Part shown: positions 1 to 12,681 of the stretch, in pieces
Numbering within the stretch: position 1 is the first letter of the stretch
Layout of the letters: every line of letters starts with the position of its first letter
Source of the DNA: Lytechinus pictus
Lineage: Eukaryota
DNA length: 64,000 nucleotides
Direction of reading: 5' to 3'
Assembly (NCBI RefSeq): GCF_037042905.1
Contig: NC_087263.1
Span: 12,092,001 to 12,156,000 of the forward strand
Position numbers and translations under genes: made by a program
Notes under the pieces: model-generated
Database searches by the model: none
What the model was told of the DNA's origin: nothing
The model's input: the letters and a program-made list of their open reading frames with translations, nothing else

Positions 1-50
1 AAATTGCCTGACAGTAAAACCGGTGCTTTTCTTTTCCTCCCAAATTACAG

Positions 51-154
51 GACAGGAGACGGAACTGGAGGTGCTTCTTGGGTCGCATGAACAGGTCAGA
101 GAAGAGCTTTTTGCCACTAAACAAAGACTGCTCACGGAACTGAATGCCTCTCAT
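51..154 (+). CDS. TRIP11: TRIP11 exon (first visible; QETELEVLLGSHEQVREELFATKQRLLTELNASH)
   Basis: Pyrimidine tract plus TACAG acceptor at 49-50 and a coiled-coil-like frame. The donor (GTACAT) is weak, but its phase 0 matches the next exon. Confidence 0.55.
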
Positions 155-3100
155 GTACATATCACCATTTCACGTATAATCCCCTAACCTCCTTATCCCT
201 CTCAACTACTAACAGAGTTACAAGCTTGCCTGCTTTCTCCAGGGAAACAAATAACGTGGGGGCACGGGGCGATATCTCCTTCGAGATGCTCAAAAGAGCC
301 CTGGATATAAAAGAGCCCTTGAAAATCCCCTATTCGCTGCAATTTAAAGCTCATTAAATGTTGCGGATTAAGCTAATAGGTCGTGAAAGTAGATTCTGAA
401 AATGATAAATCCTTTTTTGCTTGACCCTCTCCCTCTCTATCTCTCTCCGCAGTTTAATGCTTTATTTGTTTTATTATATTTATAGTATTTGTTTCTTTAT
501 ATTTACCTCCCATGTAAAAATTTCAAGAGGATTATCAAATAGTGAAATTTGTGTAATAAGGGCTGCTCTGCTAAGCTATCCTTCTTTATTGAAAGCTTAT
601 TAATAAATTTAAGGATTGTTGGGGGAAAAAATCCCACAATCTCTATGTACAATTAATTGTAAAGTGCTTATAATAATAATAATAATAATAATAGTAATAA
701 TATTGTCTTATTAACCCAGGATATATGTATGTAGCCACTACTCTTATGTACTCTTCTCCCAGTGGGCCATGCATAACACAATGTTATTTTCATCCCTCTC
801 CATTCCAAAATGTTGTGTAGTAGTAGCAGGCAACAAATTGATTTTTTTTTTTAAATATTCGGAGGCCACAATTCACAACTTAACTGCCTAAGTCTGTAAC
901 ATTGGATAAGCTGTAAGATTGCAATGAATGGGGATTTTCCAGGGATCTCGTCAGCATTTCAGGGGCAAAGTTGCCCCTAGCCCCAGTGTAGTTCTTTTCC
1001 CCTGAGTAGTAGTAGTAGAAGCAATTTTCATCCCAATACCCCCTTTTTGTCACTACCAACAGTCTCTATAAAACTGTATACACGTTCCCCTTTTTATAAA
1101 TTTCCCAATCCATTTTTAGAAATTTTCCAATCCATTTTTAGAAATTTCCCAATCCATTTTTTCCTGCAAATGCTGAGCTTATAAACTGAATAGTTGACAT
1201 AGATAGCAAAACTTCCTTTCTTGCAAATTTTTTTTCCCTCAAACTTGAGAGACTTTGAAGAGAATTACAAATTATCTAGGAGAACAGGCAGGCTTGTACG
1301 TTTTTTTAAATCAACAATAAGTTATTTTCAATGAATGCATGATGAACAAACAGCTCCCTATGCTTAATTTTCAAAATAAATTTGTTAGATAACAGATAAT
1401 GACCAATTAATACCTCTATATTTTTATAATGGAATATAATCGTTGACTGTTCGGCAGAAGAGTTTTGGGATTTACAATTTGTGTTTATTTTATTTATTTT
1501 GTTTTATTATATTTTGATGTATGAAAACTAGACATACAGACATACAAACAGTTTAATTAAAGGACAAGTCCACCCCAACAAAAATGATTTGAATAAAAAG
1601 AGAAAAATCTAACGAGTATAACACTGAAAATCTCATCAAAATCGGGTGTAAAATAAGAAAGTTATGACATTTTCAAGTTTCGCTTAATTTCACAAAACAG
1701 TTATATGCACATCCTGGTCGGTATGCAGATTAGGAAACTGATGATGTCATCCACTCACTATTTATTTTGTATTTAATTATGAGAAATATGAAATATTATA
1801 ATTTTCTCCTCAAGTGAAACGATTAATTCCTCCCTGAACATGTGGAAATACTAAATGGTTCAATCAAGTTGGTCCTTATTGTCAAATATGTAAAAAATGA
1901 AATATTGTAGAAGTCAAACAATAAAAAACAAAAGATATAGTGAGTGAGAGACATCATCGACTCTTATTTGCATATACTGAGTTGAGCATAGAACTGTTAT
2001 TTGAAAAATAAGCGGCACTTTAAAATGTCATAACTTTTTTATTTTCCATCCGATTTTGATGAAGTTTTCAGCATTATTCTTGTTTGATTTTTCTCTATTT
2101 ATTCAAATCAACTTTTTTCTGGGATAGACTTGACCTTTAAAGGACTAATCAGTTGTCCACTGCACATTGATGTAGAAAGGGAAAATAAGAATTAACCATT
2201 GAGAAATCTAGATTCTTTTTAACATCTATATAAATGTGCTGTGTTAAAAGATTGTTTCAAAACCACAGGGATTGTGCAGACATGTTTCCTTTGTACTTTG
2301 TTTTTAACTCTATTTTGCATGAAACATTCGAAAAATGATTCAAGTTTCGTGAAAATTTCTTAGAGCCGCATGCAGTATAGAGGAAAATGCATGTTCACTT
2401 CTCAATGTGGCACTAGCAAACCAAATTTGATTAATTTTTGAAACCCACATATCGTATAATGGCATGTTCATATTCACTGCATGGATCGCATGGGCATGCC
2501 ATTAAATCACATGCATGTCTTTCTCCGTTATGTTATGGGTTTGTGAGGTATACCCTGTAATAACATTACTTGTATGCTCTGGCTTCTCAAATGTACACGG
2601 GATAGTCATGTGACCAGATGGCACTCACTCAACTTTGTCTTCAGATGAAGCATGTACCTGTACAGTGCGTCCCACAAAAAACGAAACCGAGATTTATCGA
2701 TGATTTATCATAACTTAATCACAAATACAATAGACAAATGACCTACCATTGTAAAGCTTAGAATCTCCTCTTTCATCTGAAATTACTTAGATTATTTCTC
2801 ATTCACGCATGAGTGAGCAAAAACAATTTGAAGAGGGGATACCAAAAAGTCATTTGGTGGGCTGTATCTGGGTTTCAGTTATGATAAATCATCGCTAAAT
2901 CTCAGTTTCGTTTTTTCTGGGACACACTGTATATATTCTGTATCCTTAATTAATGAAAATACAATATCTTTTCTGTTGAACTATGCATATTAAGTTCAAA
3001 TTAAATAATACACTAATGTCATCAGGTAAGCCTTTCACAAAGAGTTTTGTCTCTGATTTTCACCAACTAAAATGCTCTCAGCCAATCAAATGCAAGGATT

Positions 3101-6100
3101 TTCCATAGCTTATAACAGTTGTTAGTGAAAGTGGCTGACAAATCTCTTTGTAAAAAGCTCTCCAGCTTTCAGAATCAAATCTCACTCCTCCTCAAATATC
3201 TTAACACAACTACATGTATATCTTACAAAAAAACATTTAACACAGATATCTTGCTCAAATATATATCTAACATGATTACTATCTAGCACAAATATATCTT
3301 TAATATGCAGTAATTCATTACCAAACACCAATTACAGTATTCTTTGATCATACTTACCTCCATTATCAGATACACTCGATATTTAGTATCCTATTTACCT
3401 TTACATGTATTTACCCCCTGAATATTTGAATGGTGTATTTATGCATCAGTTTAATTTTCTCCCTGCATGAAATACTAGTCATATGTGTATATTGGGCAAA
3501 CAAAGAAGTCTATTCATTAAAGAAATCTATCCATTATAATTCTAATCTTATATTTATTTATGTATGTATTTATTTATTCATTTATTTGTTCATTTATTTG
3601 TTTATTTGATATCCACGTGAAAACACTCTCTTTTTATGATAAACTGAGGAAACTTCAGTCAGTTGACTTCACAATTTTTGGATGATTAAATCGTGTCAGA
3701 TTTTTTGCTCATACAATTTACCTTGATTTCTATAGACTTTTTCTCAAAACTAGTTTTCTATATGACTATTTTATGTTGGCTTCGTGCCTTAAAGGTAGAG
3801 AAAAGTGTATTTGATTTTGAAATTAGGTAACATTGCCTTTTTATGATTTGCGCAACTCCTAAATGCAAATAGTACATGTACATTCCTTTTATGATGCATA
3901 CTCACTATACTCACCGGCATGTAAATTCTGTTGCACTAGCATATATGAAGAATTCTTTGTTTTCATTATGCATTGCACTGTAGCTAGGACAAAATACATG
4001 TAGTTGGTATACAATACATAGACCTTCAGGGGGCCTGTTGCATAAACAGTACTTTTATGGTAACTTTGCCATCCAGGGGTTACTTCCATGGAATCCTTGA
4101 TTTTGATTGGCTGATGAGAATTGTTACCATGGTAGCTACCGTTGGATAGCAAAGATACTATAATAAGAATTCTCATGAGTCAGGGTCCAAATGATTCTTG
4201 CCTTGCTCTGATATTAAAAAAATATGAATTTAGAATAGACTTTGCACTCTGTAGAAAAGTTGACCCAAGACTCAATCTTTGTAGGTGTTTCATAAAGCTG
4301 TTTGTAAGTTATAAACCACTTTTAGAATGACTGGTGAACCTTTCTGACGGGCATAATAATCACCAGTGAACATTTAATTGTGAATATCATTTAGCACAAG
4401 AAAGGATCACCAGTCGTTCTTAACTTACGAAAAGCTTTATGAAATGGCCCCCATTATGTTTACTTCAAGTATTGTTCTAAATTTCTTTTGCTTTCCTTTT
4501 TCACTTGAAAAGGTTTCTAATGTGCTTATACTACATGTACATGTATGTGTATGCACTCTTTTTTTAGAAGGTGGGATAACAAGAAATATGTAGAGGAAAA
4601 TAAAAGTAGAGGAAAAACGAATGCATAGCTTTTAACCGTCATGGGCCATGTTGCATAAAAGTTAATATATATTATGATAAATTCAACCTAACTTTTAGAG
4701 GTAATTGAGCAAGAACCCTTTGAAAAGTAGAGATAACTCAGTAATACTACATGTATTGTCAAAATTGTTAAGATTGAATATAATGATTGAATTAAAGGAG
4801 AATGAAACCCTTGAAACCAGCTGAATCCATATCAAAGAGAAAAATCAAAGAAACATTGTTGAAAGTTTGAGGAATATTGAATGAATAATAAAGTTATGAG
4901 CATTTGAATATTTAGATCACTAATGCCATGTAGATCCTCCCATTGGCAATGCGACCAAGATCTGTGATGTCACACACGTACAACTCCCTCATTACTTTAG
5001 TACTTATTTCACTTATATTCTCACTTTTATAGAGTCTATCACAAGGTGAGGTGTTCTCTTTATGAGAAGACAAGTACAGAGGTTTCACAACATTATATCA
5101 TTGATGAATCGTTTGTCATATGATTAGAATGAGCAAAAAGAGATGTTTTGGGGTATATTTTCAGTGTCCAAAAGGGGAGAGTTGTTCATCTGTGACATCA
5201 TAGATCTTGGTCGCATTGCCAATGGGAGGATCTCCATAGCATTAGTGATCTCGACATTCAAATGCTCATAACTCTTCTATTTCTAGTCCTATTTTACTCA
5301 AACTTTTGTTGATCTTATTCTTTGATTTTTCTGCTTTCACAAAAGCTAACTTGCTCCAAGAGTTTCATTCTCCTTTAAGCAAATGAGAAATATTATTGTA
5401 CATGTATGTTGTCTAGACAGGAGCTTGCCAAATGGATAGCCCTATCGTTAGAGCACTGGGCCCCGTCTTTCAAAGAGTTGCAATGATCTGATCAATCACA
5501 ACTATGTTTGGCCAGCAACATCAACACATTAAAATACATTTTTTTCAAAATATTTTCTAGCTATTGTTCTCTTGAAGGTTTAGTGTGATTCTCTTTGTTT
5601 ACTAAGGAGATTGTGCAAATTTCCTGTCGAAAAAATTATGGTATGGATGGATTTCCATACAGTTGAGATTGATGGGATCATTTGTATCTCTTTGTAAGAT
5701 GGGGTCCTGGTCATGCAAGCCAGGGTCCTGCTGAGTGTTTCATAAAACTGTTTATAAGGTTACTCACGACTATATACACAACTGGAACATGTTCTTAGGT
5801 GCTAAGTCAGCTACATGAGAATATATCAGATAACACAAGAAATGGTCACCAGTCGTGCCCAAAGTCATCCGTAACTTTCAAACAGCTCTATGAACACCCA
5901 CCCAGGTTCAAGTCTCGGTTTCTCACAATCTTTTCATTTCATCATTCATTTAATAATATCTTGTTTCATAGGCAAACACAAGTGCAATGCTAGAGGACAT
6001 CCACAATGCCGGGAGGAAGTTTTCGACGGAAGAAGCTCTGCGAAGGTCTAAACTGCTCAAAGAAAAACAAGAGATTGTTGATAAAATGATCACTGCTGGG

Positions 6101-9100
6101 CAAAAGGTAACATTTGTCTTATAAAACTATTTAACCCATGGTTTCATACTGTTGATTTCTTATCCTCCTCTTCTGGAATCTTCCCTCAATCCTAAAGATT
6201 CTTGCACGTAATGTTTGTGAATTTGTGTCAAAATTGTTGTGAGCATTGAGAAAAATATATTATATTGTACTTATCTGGAATCTTTTTATTGTAGAGAAGT
6301 TGTGGCTCAGTGGGTTAGTCTCTGGACCACAAACTAGAAGGTTCAAATCCCACCGCAGTACTCGCGTCCTTAAGCAAAGTGTTAACTAATATTTGTCACT
6401 GTCCAAACAGGGGCCAGTTGCATAAAAGTTGCCAATGGTATATATTTTGTTTGCCAGAGTTTTGGTTAATTTTCTAGAGCATTTTTTATGACAAAAGTTT
6501 TATGCAAGAGGCCCCAGGTGTAGTAAATGGATACCCAAATGTCCCAGTAGGAAGGAATTAGTTGAATGCTTGAGTGCTTTATCAGGGTAGCTATGCTAAA
6601 GTCCCTTTATTAGTATTAGTGCTTAGAAACATTGTTTTACTCTATATACATATATCATATTCTCATTAGTAGTAGTAGTAGTGATCAGATATTGTGAATA
6701 TAATGATGATATTTGATATATTCACCTGTCAACAGATGTCTGATAGCAAGGCTGCAGTGGCCACCTTGGAGGCGGCCACGCTGGAGATCAGCGACCAGGC
6801 TGCGGAGATCGTATCTGAGATCGGATGTAGTCAGCATCAGGAGATCACTGCCGACTTCGTCAGTAGCCTCGAGAAGGAGAATGATCTCCTCAAACATCAT
6901 GTTTCAAGACTACAGAATGAGGTGGGTTTTAGGATATCAAGTTTTGGAATTGAAATGTTTTTTAAGGAGATTAGGGGATAAAATCTGACTTTGTCAGTAG
7001 CCTCGAGAAGGAGAATGATCTCCTTAAACATCATGTCTCAAGACTGCAGAATGAGGTGGGTTTTAGGATATCAAGTTTTGGAATTGAAATGTTTTTTAAG
7101 GAGATTAGGGGATAAAATCTGACTTTGTCAGTAGCCTCGAGAAGGAGAATGATCTCCTTAAACATCATGTCTCAAGACTGCAGAATGAGGTGGGTTTTAG
7201 GATATCAAGTTTTGGAATTGAAATGTTTTTTAAGGAGATTAGGGGATAAAATCCGACTTCGTCAGTAGCCTCGAGAAGGAGAATGATCTCCTTAAACATC
7301 ATGTCTCAAGACTGCAGAATGAGGTGGGTTTTAGGATATCAAGTTTTGGAATTGAAATGTTTTTTAAGGAGATTAGGGGATAAAATCTGACTTTGTCAGT
7401 AGCCTCGAGAAGGAGAATGATCTCCTTAAACATCATGTCTCAAGACTGCAGAATGAGGTGGGTTTTAGGATATCAAGTTTTGGAATTGAAATGTTTTTTA
7501 AGGAGATTAGGGGATAAAATCCGACTTCGTCAGTAGCCTCGAGAAGGAGAATGATCTCCTTAAACATCATGTCTCAAGACTGCAGAATGAGGTGGGTTTT
7601 AGGATATCAAGTTTTGGAATTGAAATGTTTTTTAAGGAGATTAGGGGATAAAATCCGACTTCGTCAGTAGCCTCGAGAAGGAGAATGATCTCCTTAAACA
7701 TCATGTCTCACGACTGCAGAATGAGGTGGGTTTTAGGATATAAAGTTTTGGAATTGAAATGTTTTTTTAAGGATATTAGGGGATAAAATTTGACTTTGTC
7801 AGTAGCATCGAGAAGGAAAATGATCTCCGCAAACATCATGTCTGGAGACTACAAACTCAGGAGATTTAGGAGAAGTAGTTACTGGGATCTAAAAGATATT
7901 AGAAGGAATAGGAGATCTTAGCGGACTTTTTCAGTAGTTTTGAGAAGGAGAATGATCTCAAAAATGTCTCGAGACTTAAGAATGAGGTGGGTTATAGGAT
8001 TTAGAAGATTGTATAAGGAGAATGGAGATTACAGCAGACTTTGTCTCCCTTTAAGCAGGGTTTGAGATTTAGAAGATATTTTCAGGAGATCCTTGCAGAT
8101 TTTAGTCATTAATTTTGAGGGATAATGATAATTACAATGTAAAGGGCAGAGAAACCAAAGTATAAAACACTATAAATATAAATATTATCATTGTAATTTA
8201 GTGTTTTAGAATAGAATTTTTTTTTCTTCAAAATTTGTGGAAGCTTGAATCAATCATTTGTTAATTTAGGGAGTGTTTCATGACGCAAGTGATTTCCACT
8301 GTCCAATATGCTCTGAGCCAATCAGATGCAAGGATTTCAGTAGCTTACAATAAATAGTCAATGAAAAGTCATTATTTGTATCATGAAATGCTCCCACACA
8401 CCAGGGGGGTGTTTCACAAAGATTTAAGTATGACTTAAGTCGCACTTAAATGCCGACACGTACATGATATGCAACGCGCAATCTTATTGATTAATACGCA
8501 GTAGTGCATGTTCCCTTGGCATGAACTGACCAATGCAATCATGCCTTTTTATCACGCAAGCAACTAGGCATTTAAGTGCGACTCTAAGTCATACTTAAAT
8601 CTTTGTGAAACACCCCCCCACCTGGGCCCATAACCCAAAGCTTGGCAATAATCAGAGGACAAAGTCTTATAATTAATTGAATTGACCACAGTGTACAATC
8701 TGTCATGAAAATCAAGCGTACAATCGATTGCTTAGCTTCATTTTATGGACCCAAATGAATGGTTCAAATTGACTGCTCAATTATTGTAATAGAACAGTCT
8801 CCTACATTTGTAAATGTTGTACATCTTATCCATAGATTGATGAACTCAACCAGTCTTGTGAGACTTTAACAGATGACAAGCAGAAATGTGAGACCCTAAT
8901 CACCAATCTCAATCAAAAAGTCAAAGAACTTTCAGGTCATGACGCCCAGGGGTTAGAGCAACGACCCTCCGACCCTTCTCAGTCCGAGTCCGAGATGACC
9001 CTTGTGACCGGCGAAAGTGACCACGAGAGTCTGCCTCGTCCAGTGGGTGCGGCCGCCCAAGATGGAGGTCAGATTCGGAGGCACATCTCGTATCGCAGGC

Positions 9101-12100
9101 CGCAGTCTCCCACGGACTCCAGCGTGGCATCGGACCTGAGTTCGTCGATGAGGGAGGGCTGGACGTTGGAGACGGAGCTGAGCAGCGACGGGGGGTTCTT
9201 GACGGAAGGCAAGCAGTCTTTTCTGGAGAACTCCGATGCCGTGAGCTTTGACGGGGAATATGACGACTCTATCATGTTTGCTGGTATCAAGGAAAAGTAA
9301 GTTTCATTGATATGAAATGTACAATTTTAATCTGAGGGTAACGTACAAAGAGTGCAGTAGACCTTAAAACTGCACTTAAAGCCCATAAAGCCCGGCTCAC
9401 ACTATGAGATTCATTGCGATTCGAATTTCGAAGAATTTGATATGGACATTCCAACTAATAGAATTTTACGGATCAGAGTTCAGAATAGTGGTAGGACTAC
9501 TGAAAATCAAAATTCAGTCCAGTTCGAGCCTCCCTGAATGAATAAAAATTCTTTCACTTCCAAATCGTAATGACGTCATCATCGGCTGCTATGTGAAGCC
9601 AATTTTTACTTTACTTGGACCACAGGGCTTGCCGCAAAGTAAAAATATGATCTTAGTATTTCTAACATAATGCAAAACTTTGAATAAGATAATTTTACTT
9701 CTTGGAACTTTCATATTTGATGCAAAATGCGATTTCTTGAAAAATTGGATCTCACAGTGTGAGACGGGCTTAAAGGGAGCTCAGGTAAAGGGCTATAATA
9801 CTTGAGTATCATCTAACAAACCTGTGGTTACTACGGAATTTATTTTTTTCAAATCTATAAACATCAAACACTTAACCAAGGGTTGAGATGTTCAAGTGTC
9901 AAGATAATGTTGAAATCATCTGAAGTCTCTACATGTATTCTGTGAAACTTAGATAAAATGGTTATCAGAAAAAAAGGATAGCTATAAATTCAGGTATCTG
10001 GGTTGTGGATAGTAAACTTATTTCAGGTCAACAAATTTTGATGAAAATTCAAATTTGTTAATCATTTCAAAAATATGTAAGCACTTGTAATGAAAGTTGC
10101 TATGAGAGAGTTTTCGGACATCACAATTTACTTGAAGGTGATGTGCATATTTTATGGAATCGCCCTATTGAACTTAGGCTTTTGCAGGAGATGTTTTGGG
10201 GGTTAGCAGTGATGACAAAGAAATCATTCCATTCACTCAAAGAATGATGTCACAATGTGATTATATATGATCTCGTTAGTCTGAGTTGCAGACCCCCATC
10301 TGTCTTCTCTGTTTCTGGGGCTGAGGATCTGCATCAAGGGAAAAAGTGACCAATAGCTGAACAAGGGCCATATTTTCATAGCTTGTTTCTTGTTTAACGC
10401 TAGTTCCATTTTAAGATTCTTCTTGTAAAATTGAATTGCATTTATCGGAAGTGATATAAGAACATACAGTTAAGTCTGCATGAGTTAATTAAAAGCTCAA
10501 GTTGAAGATGATGATATGGAAAAACCGAATGCAGAATATCCTCAGGGTGGGATGTCAAAATGTGCCTAATATTCTGTTGCCAATTTGACACAAATAGAGA
10601 TACTTCTACGACTAAATTTCCTGAAGAGGCAGATGAAATCAGGGATTAGTCAGAGCAGATTGGGATATTGGAAGAAAGGTTTTAGGAGACCATCACGATG
10701 GGATATGAAAATGTATCAAAAATTCTGTTACCAATTTGAAACAAATAGAGATTTCTGATAAATGACCTCTGTCATTATTGTACCACTAGATTACCTGCAG
10801 GCTGAAGCGGCAGATGCATTCATTTAATCAGTTTAAGGTGGTCAGTGCTGAGTGGGAGATAGGAATATAAACTTTAGAAGATCATCATCATCATGGGATG
10901 CAAAATGTTTCAGATCTTATGTTACCAATTTGATATGAATGGAGAATCCTGATGAACAGTTTCTGTCATACTCTTGCCACTTAAATCCCTGAAGCGGCAG
11001 ATGAAACCTTGGATTAGTCAGAGCTGATTGGGAAGTTCAGGCATGAAAAATCTTCTAAAACTTTTCTTTCAACTTCAAGTTTTAGAAGATCCTCAGACTG
11101 GGATATCAAAATGTGTCTCATATCATATTGCCAATTTGAAACGAATAGAGATTTATGATTAACGACCCCTACCACGCTTCAACCACTAGATTCCCAGAAG
11201 CGGCAGATGCTCTTAAACAGCAGTTGAATCAGTTTGAGATGGTCAGAGCCGACTGGGAGATGGAAAAACAAGCTTTGGAGGAGGTCGTCATCAGAATGAG
11301 GGATCAACTGAAAGAAAGAGATCGTACTATTCAGGATATGACAGCAGAAAAGGTACAGTACAAACCTTCAAGAATATCAATGCAACAATCGACCCATAGT
11401 AGAACTATATGGGAGCATTTCATGAGACTCTTAGGCCCGTATTCTGAAGTCAGGTTTAATTCAGACCATGGTCTAACTCTGCTAAAATTATGGGAAGCCA
11501 AAAGTCTCAAAATTTTTATTAAGTTGTATGTTTCTTATTTTTACTGTGCCTTCTGATTCATTGATGGTGAAGATAATCATCTATTTATACTTCCTACACA
11601 ATTATGAATGATTTGAGAGCCAAATGAGCTGAAATATGATATCTCTACCATTAGTGATTTATGTTACAATTGGCTATCCATACTTAAACCACAACTTTAA
11701 ACCTGAGTTTAAGATAAACCCGACTTCAGAATACGGGCCGTAGTGAACAATTCGGATTTCAATAGCTTATAACATATAGTCCATTATTTTTACTGACAAG
11801 TTTGCTCTGAGCTAGTCAGTTACAAGGCTTTCAGTATACAAATAGCGAATAGGCATGAGTGCGATGGTGCGAGATTTCACATAAGGTGAAAGAGTTTAAT
11901 AGAGTGTCTATTTCCTTGACCGAATGCGAAACGTCGCACCATTGCACGACTGAAATATTCGCTATTCTAGTTGTGCAACGGCTCAGAAGTTAGGGAAAAT
12001 GGAAGTAATAATATATATTTTCCTATGTTAATCTATGAAAATGGGAAAGAGTTATTGAAAGCAAAAGCAAAATCTCGCAAACGCGCATCTGATCTGCAGC

Positions 12101-12643
12101 AGCAATGCGCACTTAGTCAGTGAGTCCTACGCACCTCCATTTACTAAGCGCAATGCATTGAATCTTAATTTTTTACAGTGACGTCACCTTGTTCTTGACT
12201 GTGCAATGGAATGGTACATTTTGGACAGAACATGTGCAACTGTACGAATTTTAAAGGTAAAAGTATTTGCAATACTAACTACTGATGTGTTTCGATTTTC
12301 TTCATCTTTTATTGCAGGGTCTAATGGCTGTCCATAAGGAGAATGTTGAAGACCTTGAAGAGAGGGTCAAAACCCTGCAACGTGATCATACCAGATTACT
12401 GAGAGAGAAGGAAACTGCAGAAAAGGAAAATGTAAGCAAGGCCTTCCATTTTACCTTTACAGTTGATGAGAATGATGATTTTAGCAACAGTGATGATAAT
12501 GACGATGGAGGTGGTGATCGTGATTATGATGATGTTGACAAGTGGTGATAGTGTTTAACTTTGTAGTGGTAATGATGATGATGATGATTATGATGATAAT
12601 AATGATGATAATGATGTTTGTGATGGTGATGAGGATGATTAAA

Positions 12644-12681
<38 letters not shown>

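Noticed and set aside
6851..7789. Repeat units as a cassette of alternative exons
   Set aside because: The only plausible AGs in front of the exon-derived part (GTCAG, GTCAGTAG) are phase 2 while the upstream donor is phase 0, and there is no good pyrimidine tract.
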